Shown: in pieces, positions 39,053-52,092 of the stretch | Layout of the letters: each line of letters opens with the position of its first letter | Numbering within the stretch: the first letter of the stretch is position 1 | Assembly (NCBI GenBank): GCA_038087875.1 | Contig: CM075988.1 | Location: 10,976,001 to 11,040,000 of the forward strand | Length of the DNA: 64,000 nucleotides | Source of the DNA: Malacoraja senta | Taxonomy: Eukaryota | Direction of reading: 5' to 3' | The notes under the pieces: model-generated | What the model was told of the DNA's origin: nothing | The model's input: the letters and a program-made list of their open reading frames with translations, nothing else | Database searches by the model: none | Position numbers and translations under genes: made by a program

Positions 39053-39824
39053 TAAGCCTCTTGATGGTAGGGGGCAAAGAGTAATGGTGAGAGGAAGGAG
39101 TTTCAAACACCATTTTAGACCAAAGTCTTTGTTGCACAAAGTGATTGATATCTGGAACTCATTGCCAGAGAAGTGGTGGAGTTGATACAATCATTATGTT
39201 TAATAAGCGTTTCGATGGGGTCTTGTATCGGCAATGTATAGAAGGTTGCATGAAAAGTGGATCAGTGTGGATGGGCAAACATTTGGTATGGACATAGTGG
39301 GCTGAAGGACCGATTTCTGTGTGCTATCCAACTTTATGACTGTATAGCATAATCTCGGTGACTGGTTTATCATAAATTGATAGTTAACTCTCAAGCAGTT
39401 ATTTAATCCAGTTTTGTTAAAGTATGCAATGACCCACTTTTGTATTTAAACATATGAAACTGTTTGCGCATGAAATAAATATAACGGAAGCTGATAAATT
39501 CATGGACATTAGATTCAAGCATATAATACACTCAGCAACCCAGTCAGAAAAGTAGAAACCAAAGATCCTTCAAGGCCGATGCTGCCTGACCTGCTGGACA
39601 TTTCCAGTATTTTCTGGTTCTTGTTTTCAGAATTACAAGATTTAGCAGTTTCTTTGATTTCCACAATTTATTTTGCAGCACAAGTCAATCTTAAGATAAA
39701 TTTTATGTTGCTCCCTGACTTTCCAGTAGGGATCATTATGTTTAATTGACACGTAATACAGTAAAACTCTGAAAGTGCAGAACTCCTGGTGAGTTGACAT
39801 CTGGCTCACCGTGTAATGTTCGCT

Positions 39825-40240
39825 GCACTCCCCGTTCATCTACTCTGGCCTCAGTTCCCAACCAATCCTTTAACCTGCCCAGGCCCTGATTCTTATGATC
39901 TCCATTCAGCACCTTTGGTCTTGGTTCTCATGTTTTCATCCATTGATGAAACATGGGCTCTTGTTCCTATTCAACTACTGGGGCCCAGTTCCCAAGCTCC
40001 CCCTTAATTTGCCAAGGCCCTGACTCCCCTGTTCCCAATTCACCAGCTGTGGTCTTGGTTCCCATGTTCCACAACCATTTGTAGGAGCTCCAGTTCCCAT
40101 GCACCCTGTACACTCACCAGGACCCCAATTCCCTCACTCCCTATTCACCAGCATCCCATTTTGTGCATTCATCAACCTATTTGCTTGTCCTCAGTTCCTT
40201 TGTTCCTTTTGAACTTACCTGGTTTCCCACACTCTCTTTG
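39825..40240. repeat. Degenerate C/T-rich minisatellite with a ~134-bp period
   Basis: ggtcttggtt recurs at 39917 and 40051. cagttccca..ggccctga blocks repeat at ~39852 and ~39986. Confidence 0.6.
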
Positions 40241-41732
40241 AACTTTGCATTCACTGGGGGAAACCCCCCCATTATTCTCCTGTGTAACATGTGAGAAAAT
40301 AGTAAGTTAAATGTGGGTGGGAGCTTTGGGGAAAAAAAAATATATAAATAGGAAAATCTAATTGTCCATCACCACCAGAGATCTGAGCATGCTGCATTAC
40401 TGTAAACTACCATTAACATGAGAACCATGGTTAGGTACATCAGCTGTTCGAGTTGACGCCTCCATTTACTGGACTTGAAGCTTATCTACGCTTCACAGTT
40501 CAGTTTCAGTCAGTTTAGTTTATTGTCACGTGTGCCGAGGTACAGTGAAAAGCTTTTGTTGTGTGCTAACCAGTCAGCGGAAAAACAATACATGATTACA
40601 ATCGAACCATTTACAGTGTATAGATACATGATCAGGGAATAACATTAAGTGCAAAGTAAAGCCTGATCAAAGGTAGTCCGAGGGTCACTAATGAGGTGGA
40701 TAGTAGTTCAGGACTGCTTTCTAGTTTAGCCTCTTTATTTCCTTCATGCCAAACCTAACAAAGACTGTCTCTCTCGGTCCTGAAAGCTACAATTATTATG
40801 AGGACTATGAACATTTAACTGCAGATTTGGTTTAGTTCCATGGTTCAGAAGTACATATTAATTAACATGGATGAAAGCCTTTTATTCTAGCTATCAAAAT
40901 CAAGACTATATTAAAACATACAGCAGACGAATCAGCACTTGAAAAGCAAAATGAGTTGTCCTATCCGCCAACACCTTCAGCAATGATGTTAGTTTTAATT
41001 CCGGCAGTTGGGTGTCGACAGTAAACAGTCTTTATTATATTTTTCAGGATGTTGACCTCTGAACTTTCATCCAAGCTGGTTTTGATATTTCCAGCAGGCT
41101 TTGATATCTCCAGCATTTGCAGATTCTCTCTTGCTGTTTTGGGCATATTTCAGACACTGTTAAAGTTCAGTGGTTAAGAGGTTTAGTGAAACGCCACGGG
41201 AGCATTTCCTCTGTATGCGGGTTGTAGCTAAACTGTAAACCTCTTTGTTCTAAATAGCTCTGCAGTTTCACTTTGAGCATCACTCAGAAGAAATCTATTT
41301 CCATTGTGCACTGAAAGCATGCACTCTTCAGTGACACTGGATGAAAGACTGCAAAGGGGACAATGACAGGGTCATAATGTCCAAGTCTTCTGTGATGGGT
41401 ATAAGAGCAGCATCTTTCATAGCATAGGAGTCTAAAGTGGATGAATGTTCACCAGGTTACTGACATTATTAATTGTTCACTTTGTTCACTGGACAAACTT
41501 TCTCTGCTGAATGATGTCACTGCTGAAAATAAAATACCTTTTATCAAGAAGAAATGTTACCATTCTTGAGATTCTCTTTAAAGTCTTTTGAAGTGTGTTG
41601 TCATTATCATTACTTCGTGTGCCTTTTCTGGACTTCAAACAAGCTCATAAGTGCCAGGATAATGGACTATAAACATATATTGTTGTTCAAATGAAACGCA
41701 ACTTTTTCAGTTCAAAACCTTCACTGTAAAAT

Positions 41733-42820
41733 CTCCATCGCAGGTGATAGACTACTGACCGACATCTACTATAAATCCACTGACTCCCATGACTATCTGG
41801 ACTACACTTCTTCCCACCCTGCTTCCTGTAAGGACTCCATCCCCTACTCCCAATTTCTCGGTCTACGCCTCATCTGCACCCAGGATGAGGTGTTCCACAC
41901 CAGGGCATAGGAGATGTCCTCATTCTGCAGGGAATTGGTGTTCCCCACTTCTACTATAGATGAGGCTCTCACCAGGGTCTCTTCTATACCACGTAACTCT
42001 GCTCTCACTCCCCATCCCCCCCACTCGTAACAAAGGCAGAGTCCCCCTTGTCCTCACCTTCCACCCTACCAGCCATCACATACAACAAATAATCCTCCAA
42101 CATTTTCGCCACCTCCAACGGGATCCCACCACTGGCCACATCTTCCCATCTCCTCTCTGCTTTCTGCAGAGACCACCCCCTCCGTAACTCCCTGGTCAAT
42201 TTGTCCCTTCCCACCCAAACCACCCCCTCTCCTGGCACTTTCCCTTGCAACTGCAGGAAATGCTATACTTGTCGCTTTACCTCCCCCCTTGACTCCATTC
42301 AAGGACCCAAGCAGTCTTTCCAGGTGTGGCAGAGGTTCACCTGCACCTCCTCCAACCTCATCCATCGCAGCTGCTCTACATCGGTGAGACTAAGCAGAGG
42401 CTTGGCGATTGCTTCCCCCAACACCTCCACTCGGTTTGCAATAACCAACTTGATCTCGGGGTGGCTCAGCACTTCAACTCTCCCTCCCATTTCAAATCCG
42501 ACCTTTCTGTCCTGGGCCTCCTCCATGGCCAGAGTGAGGCCCACCGTAAATTGGAGGAGCAGCACCTCATATTTCGCTTGGGCAGTGTGCACCCTAGTGG
42601 TATGAACATTGACTTCTCTAATTTCAGGTAGTCTCTGCTTTCTCCTACCTGTCCCAGCTCTCCCTCCGCCCACTGTCTCCGCCTCTTCCTTTCCTCTTCC
42701 CGCCCCCCCCCCCACCCTCACATCAGTCTGAAGAAGGGTCTCGACCCGAAACCTCGCCTATTTCCTTCGCTCCATAGATGCTGCCTCACCCGCTGAGTTT
42801 CTCCAGCATTTTTGTCTACC
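41733..42820 (+). mobile_element. Penelope-like element, 5'-truncated, with frameshifts
   Basis: Homologous to 13441-14936 (RNKGRVPLVLTFHPTS, YIGETKQRLGD, KLEEQHLIFRLG). Flanking repeat GTAAAAT (41726-41732 / 42821-42827). Hammerhead core at 42728-42755. Confidence 0.92.
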
Positions 42821-43109
42821 GTAAAATTTGTAGCGCCTTGTAAAGATTTATAGCTTCTGCATGCGGATACAAAGAACTGCAGATACTGGATTACAAAAAA
42901 AGAGACAAAGTGCCAGAGTAATTCAATGGGTCATGCATCATCTCTGGAGAACATGAATAGGTGATGTTTCACATCAGAAGCATCCCACCAAAAACATCAC
43001 CTATCCATGTACTCCAGAGATGTTGTTTAACCCATGAGTTATTCTTGCACTTTGCAGCTAGAGAACTGTTTATTGTGATCAGAAGTATTTTTTGTAATTT
43101 GAACTAGTT

Positions 43110-43405
43110 TACTTTAAGTTTAAGGACCCAGTTAGTCCACACCGACCATCGACCATCTGTTTGCACTAGATCAGTGTTTTATATTCTCATCCATTCCCTG
43201 CACAATGGGGAGCAATCTACCGAGGCCAATTAACCTTCCAACCCACATGCCTTCAAGATGTGGGAGGAAACCGTTAGCACCCAGCTGAAACGCACGCAGT
43301 CACAGGGAAAACGGGTAAACTCCACACAGACAGCAGCCAAGGTCAAGATTGAATCTGTATTTGTGGTGCTGTGAGGAAGTGACTCGACCAGTTGTGCCAC
43401 TGTGC
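43110..43405 (-). mobile_element. Older V-SINE
   Basis: ggccaattaacc..tgtgggaggaaacc V-domain and tgtgccactgtgc head. Confidence 0.75.
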
Positions 43406-43508
43406 AGTCCTTGGCTGCAGATTTTAGCCTGAAGCTTCATATTGCTTTTTTCGCATGCACTTTAAATAAGAAAACTGGTTATCAATGTTTTTTGTTAAAC
43501 TTCATTAT

Positions 43509-45207
43509 AGAAACATAGAAACATAGAAATTAGGTGCAGGAGTAGGCCATTCGGCCCTTCGAGCCTGCACCGCCATTCAATATGGTCATGGCTGATCATC
43601 CAACTCAGTATCCCGTACCTGCCTTCTCTCCATACCCTCTGATCCCTTTAGCCACAAGGGCCACATCTAGCTCCCTCTTAAATATAGCCAATGAACTGGC
43701 CTCGACTACCCTCTGTGGCAGAGAGTTCCAGAGATTCACCACTCTCTGTGTGAAAAAAGTTCTTCTCATCTCGGTTTTAAAGGATTTCCCCCTTATCCTT
43801 AAGCTGTGACCCCTTGTCCTGGACTTCCCCAACATCGGGAGCAATCTTCCTGCATCTAGCCTGTCCAACCCCTTAAGAATTTTGTAAGTTTCTATAAGAT
43901 CCCCTCTCAATCTCCTAAATTCTAGTGAGTATAAACCAAGTCTATCCAGTCTTTCTTCATAAGACAGTCCTGACATCCCAGGAATCAGTCTGGTGAACCT
44001 TCTCTGCACTCCCTCTATGGCAATAATGTCCTTCCTCAGATTTGGAGACCAAAACTGTACGCAATACTCCAGGTGTGGTCTCACCAAGACCCTGTACAAC
44101 TGCAGTAGAACCTCCCTGCTCCTATACTCAAATCCTTTTGCTATGAAAGCTAACATACCATTCGCTTTCTTCACTGCCTGCTGCACCTGCATGCCTACTT
44201 TCAATGACTGGTGTACCATGACACCCAGGTCTCGCTGCATCTCCCCTTTTCCTAGTCGGCCACCATTTAGAAAATAGTCTGCTTTCCTGTTTTTGCCACC
44301 AAAATGGATAACCTCACATTTATCCACATTATACTGCATCTGCCAAACATTTGCCCACTCACCCAGCCTATCCAAGTCACCTTGCAGTCTCCTAGCATCC
44401 TCCTCACAGCTAACACTGCCCCCCAGCTTAGTGTCATCCGCAAACTTGGAGATATTGCCTTCAATTCCCTCATCCAGGTCATTAATATATATTGTAAATA
44501 GCTGGGGTCCCAGCACTGAGCCTTGCGGTACCCCACTAGTCACTGCCTGCCATTGTGAAAAGGACCCGTTTACTCCTACTCTTTGCTTCCTGTTTGCCAG
44601 CCAGTTCTCTATCCACATCAATACTGAACCCCCAATGCCATGTGCTTTAAGTTTGTATACTAATCTCTTATGTGGGACCTTGTCGAAAGCCTTCTGGAAG
44701 TCCAGATACACCACATCCACTGGTTCTCCCCTATCCACGCTACTAGTTACATCCTCGAAAAATTCTATAAGATTCGTCAGACATGATTTACCTTTCGTAA
44801 ATCCATGCTGACTTTGTCCAATGATTTCACCACTTTCCAAATGTGCTGCTATCCCATCTTTAATAACCGACTCTAGCAGTTTCCCCACTACCGATGTTAG
44901 ACTAACTGGTCTGTAATTCCCCGTTTTCTCTCTCCCTCCCTTCTTAAAAAGTGGGGTTACGTTTGCTACCCGCCAATCCTCAGGAACTACTCCAGAATCT
45001 AAAGAATTTTGAAAGATTATTACTAATGCATCCACTATTTCTGGAGCTACTTCCTTAAGTACTCTGGGATGCAGCCTATCTGGCCCTGGGGATTTATCGG
45101 CCTTTAATCCATTCAATTTACCCAACACCACTTCCCGACTAACCTGGATTTCACTCAATTCCTCCAACTCCTTTGACCCGCGGTCCCCTGCTATTTCCGG
45201 CAGATTA
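43509..45207 (-). mobile_element. Young 5'-truncated CR1 LINE with an open RT frame
   Basis: (catagaaa)n 3' tail at 43509-43529. The frame is stop-free through GNYRPVSLTS, YLDFQKAFDK, GVPQGSVLGP, KFADD and the C-terminus. Confidence 0.97.
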
Positions 45208-45461
45208 TATATAAAGAACACATTCATATGGAAGGGTCTTGAACAGAAACGTTGACTTCCATTGTCTTCCACAGATGCTGACTGACCCATTGAATTCCCA
45301 TAGCATAGACGCAAAATGCTGGAGTAACTCAGCGGGACAGGCAGCGTCTCTGGAGAGAAGGAATGGTTGACTTTTCGGGTCGAGACATTTCTTCCAACCC
45401 AAAACGTCACCCATTCCTTCTCTCCAGAGATGCTTCCTGTCCCGCTGAGATACTCCAGCAT
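43605..45461 (-). CDS. CR1 ORF2 reverse transcriptase without endonuclease; the N-terminal ~85 codons are non-CR1 flank
   Basis: 618-aa ORF. CR1 similarity starts at about NLPEIAGDRG (~45207). Confidence 0.8.
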   Translation of the reverse strand: MLEYLSGTGSISGEKEWVTFWVGRNVSTRKVNHSFSPETLPVPLSYSSILRLCYGNSMGQSASVEDNGSQRFCSRPFHMNVFFIYNLPEIAGDRGSKELEELSEIQVSREVVLGKLNGLKADKSPGPDRLHPRVLKEVAPEIVDALVIIFQNSLDSGVVPEDWRVANVTPLFKKGGREKTGNYRPVSLTSVVGKLLESVIKDGIAAHLESGEIIGQSQHGFTKGKSCLTNLIEFFEDVTSSVDRGEPVDVVYLDFQKAFDKVPHKRLVYKLKAHGIGGSVLMWIENWLANRKQRVGVNGSFSQWQAVTSGVPQGSVLGPQLFTIYINDLDEGIEGNISKFADDTKLGGSVSCEEDARRLQGDLDRLGEWANVWQMQYNVDKCEVIHFGGKNRKADYFLNGGRLGKGEMQRDLGVMVHQSLKVGMQVQQAVKKANGMLAFIAKGFEYRSREVLLQLYRVLVRPHLEYCVQFWSPNLRKDIIAIEGVQRRFTRLIPGMSGLSYEERLDRLGLYSLEFRRLRGDLIETYKILKGLDRLDAGRLLPMLGKSRTRGHSLRIRGKSFKTEMRRTFFTQRVVNLWNSLPQRVVEASSLAIFKRELDVALVAKGIRGYGEKAGTGY

Positions 45462-46155
45462 TTTGTGTCAATCTCAGATTCAGATTCAGATTCAACTTTA
45501 TTGTCATTGTGCAGTGTACAGTACAGAGACAACGAAATGCAGTTAGCATCTCCCTAGAAGAGCGACATAAATATGAGCAGTAAATATATAAATCTAATAA
45601 TCCTGGTGGGAGGATTGTCCGGGGGGGGGGTGGGGGGGGGGGGTGATTGGCAGTCACCGAGATACAGTGTTGAGTAGTGTAACCGCCGCAGGGAAGAAGC
45701 TGTTCCTGGACCTGCTGGTCCGGCAACGGAGAGACCTGTAGTGCCTCCCGGATGGTAGGAGGGTAAACAGTCTGTGGTTGGGGTGAGAGCAGTCCTTGGC
45801 GATGCTGAGCGCCCTTCGCAGACATCACTTGCTTTGGACAGACTCAATGGTGGGGAGTGAGGAACCGGTGATGCGTTGGGCAATTTTCACCACCCTCTGC
45901 AGTGCTTTCCGGTCGGAGACAGAGCAGTTGCCATAACATACTGTGATGCAGTTGGTAAGGATGCTCTCGATGGTGCAGCGGTAGAAGTTCACCAGAATCT
46001 GAGGAGACAGATGGACCTTCTTTAGTCTCCTCAGGAAGAAGAGACGCTGGTGAGCCTTCTTGACCAGAGTTGAGGTATTGTTGGTCCAAGAGAGGTCATC
46101 GGAGATGCTGGTTCAATCTTTGATTGAAACCAGCATCTGCAGTTCCTTCCTACAC
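45306..46155. mobile_element. Penelope-derived hairpin element split by a Rex1/Babar insertion
   Basis: Hairpin at 45306-45470, with its tail resuming at 46120-46155. Degenerate flanking repeat gaattcccatagca / gaattcctcgagca. Confidence 0.75.
45475..46112 (-). mobile_element. Rex1/Babar-clade LINE 3' fragment
   Basis: Minus strand translates ISDDLSWTNNTSTLVKKAHQRLFFLRRLKK..FYRCTIESILTNCITV..RKALQRVVK..NSFFPAAVTLLN. (TGAATC)n tail. Flanking repeat TCAATCT (45468-45474 / 46113-46119). Confidence 0.9.
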
Positions 46156-48109
46156 AGAATTCCTCGAGCAGTCTGTTTTTTGCTCAGACTCCAGCATCTA
46201 CAGCTTGTGTCTTCCTATCTGGCTTGTTTGTGCTCTATATGAATAATATTTCATTTAATCTGGTGCTAAGTCCATGCAAAGGTCCTTTGAGTTAAGCTTG
46301 TTTCCAGTTAGTGCTAAAGAAAACAGTGACCAACGATCCAGTTTTACCATTGTGCACTCTTGCGAAAATTCATCTTGAGAAACAATGCAATTAGCTTTGT
46401 ATCATGCACCCTCACATGATCCATGATGAGAAGTATTATTATTTTAATTGCTTTCATAGGTGTCCTAATTTTCTAACTTTCTGCTAGATTCTGGTAGACC
46501 TTGGAAGTCTGATTTTTTTTTTTCCACAGCGGATTATCATATTGATTTTTGTTTTTTTGCAAGCGTGGTTTTTGTTTACATGAGTATGAACTGACTTGGA
46601 GAAACAGATGCTGAGGTCTCACTTACTTCCGCAGTGTGCTTTAATTCACAACATGCAAGTATCATTGATGATGAAAACATTTTCAGTTCAATCCCTCAAT
46701 TTCCTTAAGGAGGTGACGGTGAATCATCTTCTGGAACAGTTGAAACACAAGTCACAGAGTCCACAGAAGAGAAACAGGCTCTTCAGCCCAAACTGCCCAC
46801 ACCGACCAACATGTCCCATCTAAACTAGTCCCACCTACCCGCTTTTGGCCCATATCCATCTCGCCCTGTCCTATCCATGTACCTGTCTAAATGTCTTAAA
46901 TGTTGCGATGATACCTTTCTCAACTACCTCCTCCGGCAGCTTGTTCCATACACCCACCACCCTATGTGTGTAAAAAAAAAAGGTACCCCTTAGGCTGTTT
47001 AGCCCAGGTCAAGTACTTCTGAATGCTACTTTCATCCATCAATGATGAAAGAACGACAATATATTCTCAAGTCCAGGTGCCGTGTGGCTTGGAGAATATG
47101 AACGTTGTTGTGTTTCATGTTTAATTGCCCGTGTTATTTTAGATGATCATGGCCACAAATTAGGGAGTTAGCAGGTTACTGCATTTTGCAGATGGTGCTC
47201 ATTAAGTCTACTGCACTGCAATTTTGTAGTGTCACAATCAGGAAGACTGCTTGGTCCTTGGAGTGTTGTTGAAGATGCAGTTGTTCAGACAAGTGGAGAG
47301 AATTCCATTACAATCCTCCAATAAGCGTGGTGGCAAGATTAACAAACACAAGGTGTTAAAAGTAGACCATGGTCGACCTGTGTCGGAATGTTTTATATTT
47401 CTCGTCATTGTTTCTTCTCCCCCTTCTGTGGTGGGGTAGACTGAGACTGACCCACACCCCTCCCCCCACCACCCTCTCCCCACCCCCTCCCTCCTCCCCA
47501 ATCTTTGCACATCCCCAATCCTTTCCACCCATCACTTTAATTTCATGTTTCATGTATTTTGTGTTTTTTATGACTGGGATAAATAAAGTTCTATCGTATT
47601 GTTCTTTCATTTTCTCATGTTAGTTTATTCCAGTTCTCAAAAATACTATCCATCGCATTTCTCCACTCGTTCGCTCGTGTGTCAGATGATGTAGCTCGCT
47701 GTTGGCTTCTGTCGTTGTCCAACATGTTGACAGAATTGGTCACCCGACCTGTCACAGAGTGCATCGTGTCGTCGTTTCCGGGGATCGCCACGAGGAGGCT
47801 TCTGTCATGATCCCCATTTCTCCACTTATTTCCCGTAACCTGCTTCACTTGCCTGCACATCAATTCTTGATTCTTCCACAAATCTTTTAGGACGTAGGAG
47901 GAAATCGGAGCATCCCAGGGTAAAACCTGTGCCGTCAGAGAGAGAATGCGCAAACTCGGATAGTACTGATGATCAGGATCCAACTTGGGTCAGTGGCGCT
48001 GTGAGGGAACGTCACTGCCATCTGCAACACTGCTCTGCACAATGGCACTTAACTACATGTGGTCCTGGTTTTTGTTACATTCAGGCAGAGACTGTGTCAT
48101 GATCTGGTT

Positions 48110-48207
48110 ATAGACACAAAATGCTGGAGTAACTCAACGGGTCAGGCAGCATCTCTGGAGGAAAGGAATATGTGACGTTTTGGCTCGAGAGCTTACTGCA
48201 TTCTGAA
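48110..48207 (-). mobile_element. Penelope terminal half-repeat insertion
   Basis: tagacacaaaatgctggagtaactc..gacgtttt. Flanking repeat tgtgtcatgatctggtt / tgcgtcataatctagct (13/17). Confidence 0.7.
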
Positions 48208-49383
48208 TGCGTCATAATCTAGCTGCCACATTATCTGCGGCTGATTTTGAATTTGACATGACTGAGATGTTAAATGTCATAATATTTTGAGTTGAGTGTT
48301 ATCTTTGTTACGATAAGTCATCTTATAATAATGTCCAAAAGGAAGTAAAATTGAAGCCGTTCAAATGTAACAACCCTAATTAGATTATTTGGAGGAAAAA
48401 AAATGGGTGTTTAAAAATACTGCAGCAGGACATTTAACAAACCTAATGTTTGCAAGACATCCATGGGGAGTACAGTGGGTCAAAGAATATTGATTTATTT
48501 TGAAATATATTATCCCTGGAGTGTTTGTTTAATAAGTTTTATGACCTGAGGAGGTATTTTTGCATGTGATTAATTGGCTATTTCAGTAACTCTTTTTGAT
48601 CATCGCATTTCATTCCACGTTATTTTTGAATTCCACGTTAAAATCCTCTACTTTATCCCACAAAAGCAGCACGCTTTAAAATCACAAAAATGAATGTTGG
48701 ATGAACATTTTGCCAAATGAATTATAATAGCTGAAATTAATATTCCATTTATAATCTGGGGAGCTGCCACCTTGGTCTGAATTATGTATTGAATCTGTCT
48801 CCAGAATGGTGTTTGTTGCAAAATAAATTTTAAGCTATGTTCCATCAAAGATGCAGATAACCTATTTTGTCACATCAGGGAATCCAGCGCATGACTGGCA
48901 TAATATTAAAATTGGAACCGGTGAAGTTAGCATGGTATTACAAAGCTTTTTCTCCAATAAACACTCAAGGGAATCTGAAACTTATTCTTTCAAAATGCAC
49001 CAAATGCAGTCAATTGAAAATGTTAATACCTGAGAGATTTTTGCCAGATGAAGTTTATAAGGGATAAATATTGGGCAGAGATGCCGTTCATATGGTAAGC
49101 TGGAATGTACTTGAATTAAGCCTCTTTGGCTGATGTGTCTTTTGCTTGTGGCTTTGACAGTGAATTATTTAGTTTTGACTCTGTGATGATTGTTTTCGCT
49201 GGATTAAAAATTGTGACCTTTATAAATTTCCACATTTTCCTGTGGAAAAACTAAGCACAGCATTAAAGTGAAATCCCAAGTACTGTACCTGAACTAGTCT
49301 TTATTTTTTTGGATAAGACATTAAGCTATTAAACCTTTAGACTTCAGTTGACTTTGGGGTGGCAGGCATAAAACTTTGAGATA

Positions 49384-49586
49384 GACATGAAATGCTGGAG
49401 TAACTAAGTGGGTCATGTAACATTGCTGTAGAACATGGATAGGTGACGTTTCGCATTGGGACCCTTCTTCATATCGAACCAAAACGTCACCTATCCATTT
49501 TCTTCAGAGATGCTGCCTGACCCACTGAGTTACTCCAGCATTTTGTCTATGGCATTAACCAGCATCTGCAGTTCCTTGTTATTACA
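49384..49586. mobile_element. Penelope-derived hairpin element
   Basis: Inverted arms around aggtgacgtt..aacgtcacct. 16-bp flanking repeat ATAAAACTTTGAGATA / ATAAAACATTGAGATA (49368-49383 / 49587-49602). Confidence 0.85.
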
Positions 49587-49639
49587 ATAAAACATTGAGA
49601 TACTGATGAAGGGTTAGCAAAGATATTTTGATTGATCAT

Positions 49640-49945
49640 AAAATTATGTAGTTAAAATGATGCGAGGCATAGATAGAGGAGGCAGTAAGAACGATTTTCC
49701 GAGGGTGGAAATGTCCAAGACGAGGGCATAGCTTGAGGGTGAGGGTGGCAAAGCTTCAAGGAAATGTGCAGTACACATTTTTACACAGCGTGGAACACCC
49801 TACCAGGAGTGCTGGCGAAGGCAGATGCAATAACAGCTTTTAGTTTGGCACATGGATATGGAGGAATATAGCGCATGTGCAGGTAGAGGCGATTAGTGTA
49901 ACTTGACATGTTTGGCACAGACATTGTGAGCTGTTCTATGTTCCA
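49640..49945 (+). mobile_element. Decayed CR1/HER1 3' fragment
   Basis: aaaatgatgcgaggcatagatag..ttttacacag..tgttctatgttc tail. Confidence 0.7.
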
Positions 49946-51627
49946 TGTCATCCGGGGAAGATTTACAACTCAAAGAAAACATCTGGGGGAAAAAACACTC
50001 TTCTTTGGTCCAATCCTTATGGTGAAGAGTTTGTCTGCTGTGCTTGCTTGCAATACAACTCTATTTGCCAATGCTTCAGACATACTGTATGGACTATGAG
50101 GCTCTTTCAGGCAATGCAAGTTGACAAATGATACAGTTGATTAGAAAGAGAAGCAGTATTAGGCTACACGCCCCTCTGATCCTGCTTCACTAACTCACTG
50201 AAATCATGTCTGATCCTGTGCCTCATCCACTTTTCATCTGAACACCACATCTTCTGCAAATTCATTGATCCGTGCCCTCAATGTACTCTTTCAGCAGCAC
50301 ATGTTGAGAAGAATTGCAAGGATTTATAACTACTGAACAAAATATTCTTCTTTCTTTGTACCTTAGCATGAGAATGTGCCTCTGAATTATAAAAGTATGA
50401 CAATAACTTTTTTTTAATGCCTTGTACTTTTAATTAAGATTTTATTCCTCGGAAAGTGCGTTACAAGGCACTGAATCTTCAAATATCTAATTTCATGGTA
50501 ATAGTTTTGTTGCATCAAAATAAAATGCCAAGTAATTGCCCTTTGACAAAGGCCGTGGCTGAACTGTTTCCCCTCAATCAAATGAAACATGTGGGAAGGA
50601 GCAGATCATTGAATACTGATGCACCATGAAATGTGAAGTTTTATTGTCTATTCTACACAGGCTGTAGAAATGTCTTTGCCCCAGTTGATTTAACATTTCA
50701 CTTTTTGAGATATCGAGGACATTCACACTTGAATCATCACAATAATGCTGGAATTCTATAAAACCACTCGAGCAGTGCCTTCTGCAAAAAAAAAAAAAAA
50801 ACTTTGTGTCATTGCTCATAATGGCATCGTACTGTAATCTGCCCATTACTTTGTTCTCACCATATCTGATGTGCAATATAGAGGAATCTCTTGCAGTTCT
50901 GTGAAGTTACGTGAACCATGCCAAGCGTGGGGTGGGGTAACGCATAACATTTGGTTTCGTCACAAAACATGCAAGTGCGTTGGTTTTTGTTGAGTACTTA
51001 CCTTTATTTAAGTTGAGATGCAACAGACTGCAAATGGTTGAACCTTGAGAATGCAACAAACTGCTGGAGGAACTCAGAGAGACGGGTATCATCTGCGGAA
51101 GGCAATGGGCAGGCGATGTTTAGGGACAGGACCTTCCTCCGTCAGTCTGAAGAACGGGTTCCAACACAAAATGTCTTCTGTCCATTTCCCGCCACAGATC
51201 CTGCCCGACCCATTGAGTTTCTCCAGCTGCTGGTATTTTGCTGTCTATTAAAGCCATTGATATTGTTTTTGGGGTGTGATTTTTTTAAAATTATTTTTTT
51301 CCCCCCAACTGCACAATGGTTGTATGTACACAGTCTTCTTGAGGGAAAAGTCCAAATACTTTGTAGAAGACCACAGTCAAGATTGGAAAGGATCTGTGAT
51401 AAATGGGCTGTGGGTTAGATCGTAATGCAGGGCACAAAGTGGGGAGCCTTCTGACATTCAGACATTTCCATACCACCATCTATATGAATGGAACTTTTGG
51501 CCACAAGCCGTTTCTGGCTTATTGGGTGAATATAAAAGATCATGTTAACAATGCTGTAAAAATGCAGTTATCCAGCATGTGCTAAGCATGACCAGCATTA
51601 GTTAATTATATACCTTGTTTAATTAGT

Positions 51628-51930
51628 GTTTGTTCAGTTTAGTTTAGAGATGCAGCGCAGAAACAGGCCCTTCAGCCCATCGAGTCCACGACAGCCAGCA
51701 ATCGCCATACACTAGCACTATCCCGTACACTAAGGACAATTTACAATTTTACCAAAGCCAATTAACCTACAAACCTATACGTCTTTGGAATGTGGGAGGA
51801 AACTGGAGCACCCGGAGAAAATCCATGCGGACACAGGGAGAATGTACAAATTCCAAACAGGGCACCCATAGTCAGGATCGTACCTGGATCTATGGCGCTG
51901 TAAGGCAGAACATCTACCACTGTGCCACAC
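51628..51930 (-). mobile_element. Full-length V-SINE
   Basis: (gttta)n tail, V-domain, and head ctaccactgtgccac. Confidence 0.9.
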
Positions 51931-52046
51931 CGGATTTGCTTTCTTTTCTGTTGGCCTAACTCCTCCCTCCATACTTCCTCTCCATTGTGATGGTTGCTGC
52001 TTCTAAAAGTGCTCACAACATGAAAAAACCAATGAGCTGTGCGGTA

Positions 52047-52092
52047 AGAGAGAGATAGAGAGATAGAGAGATAGAGAGATAGAGAGAGAGAG
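52047..52092. repeat. (AG)n/(AGAGAT)n microsatellite
   Basis: Read directly from the sequence. Confidence 0.9.

Noticed and set aside
49041..49100. Possible micro-exon (ttgccag|ATGAAG..ATATG|gtaagc)
   Set aside because: The peptide is unrecognisable, and the core agggataaatattgggcag resembles a decayed Deu-domain SINE, so the splice-like sites are probably chance.
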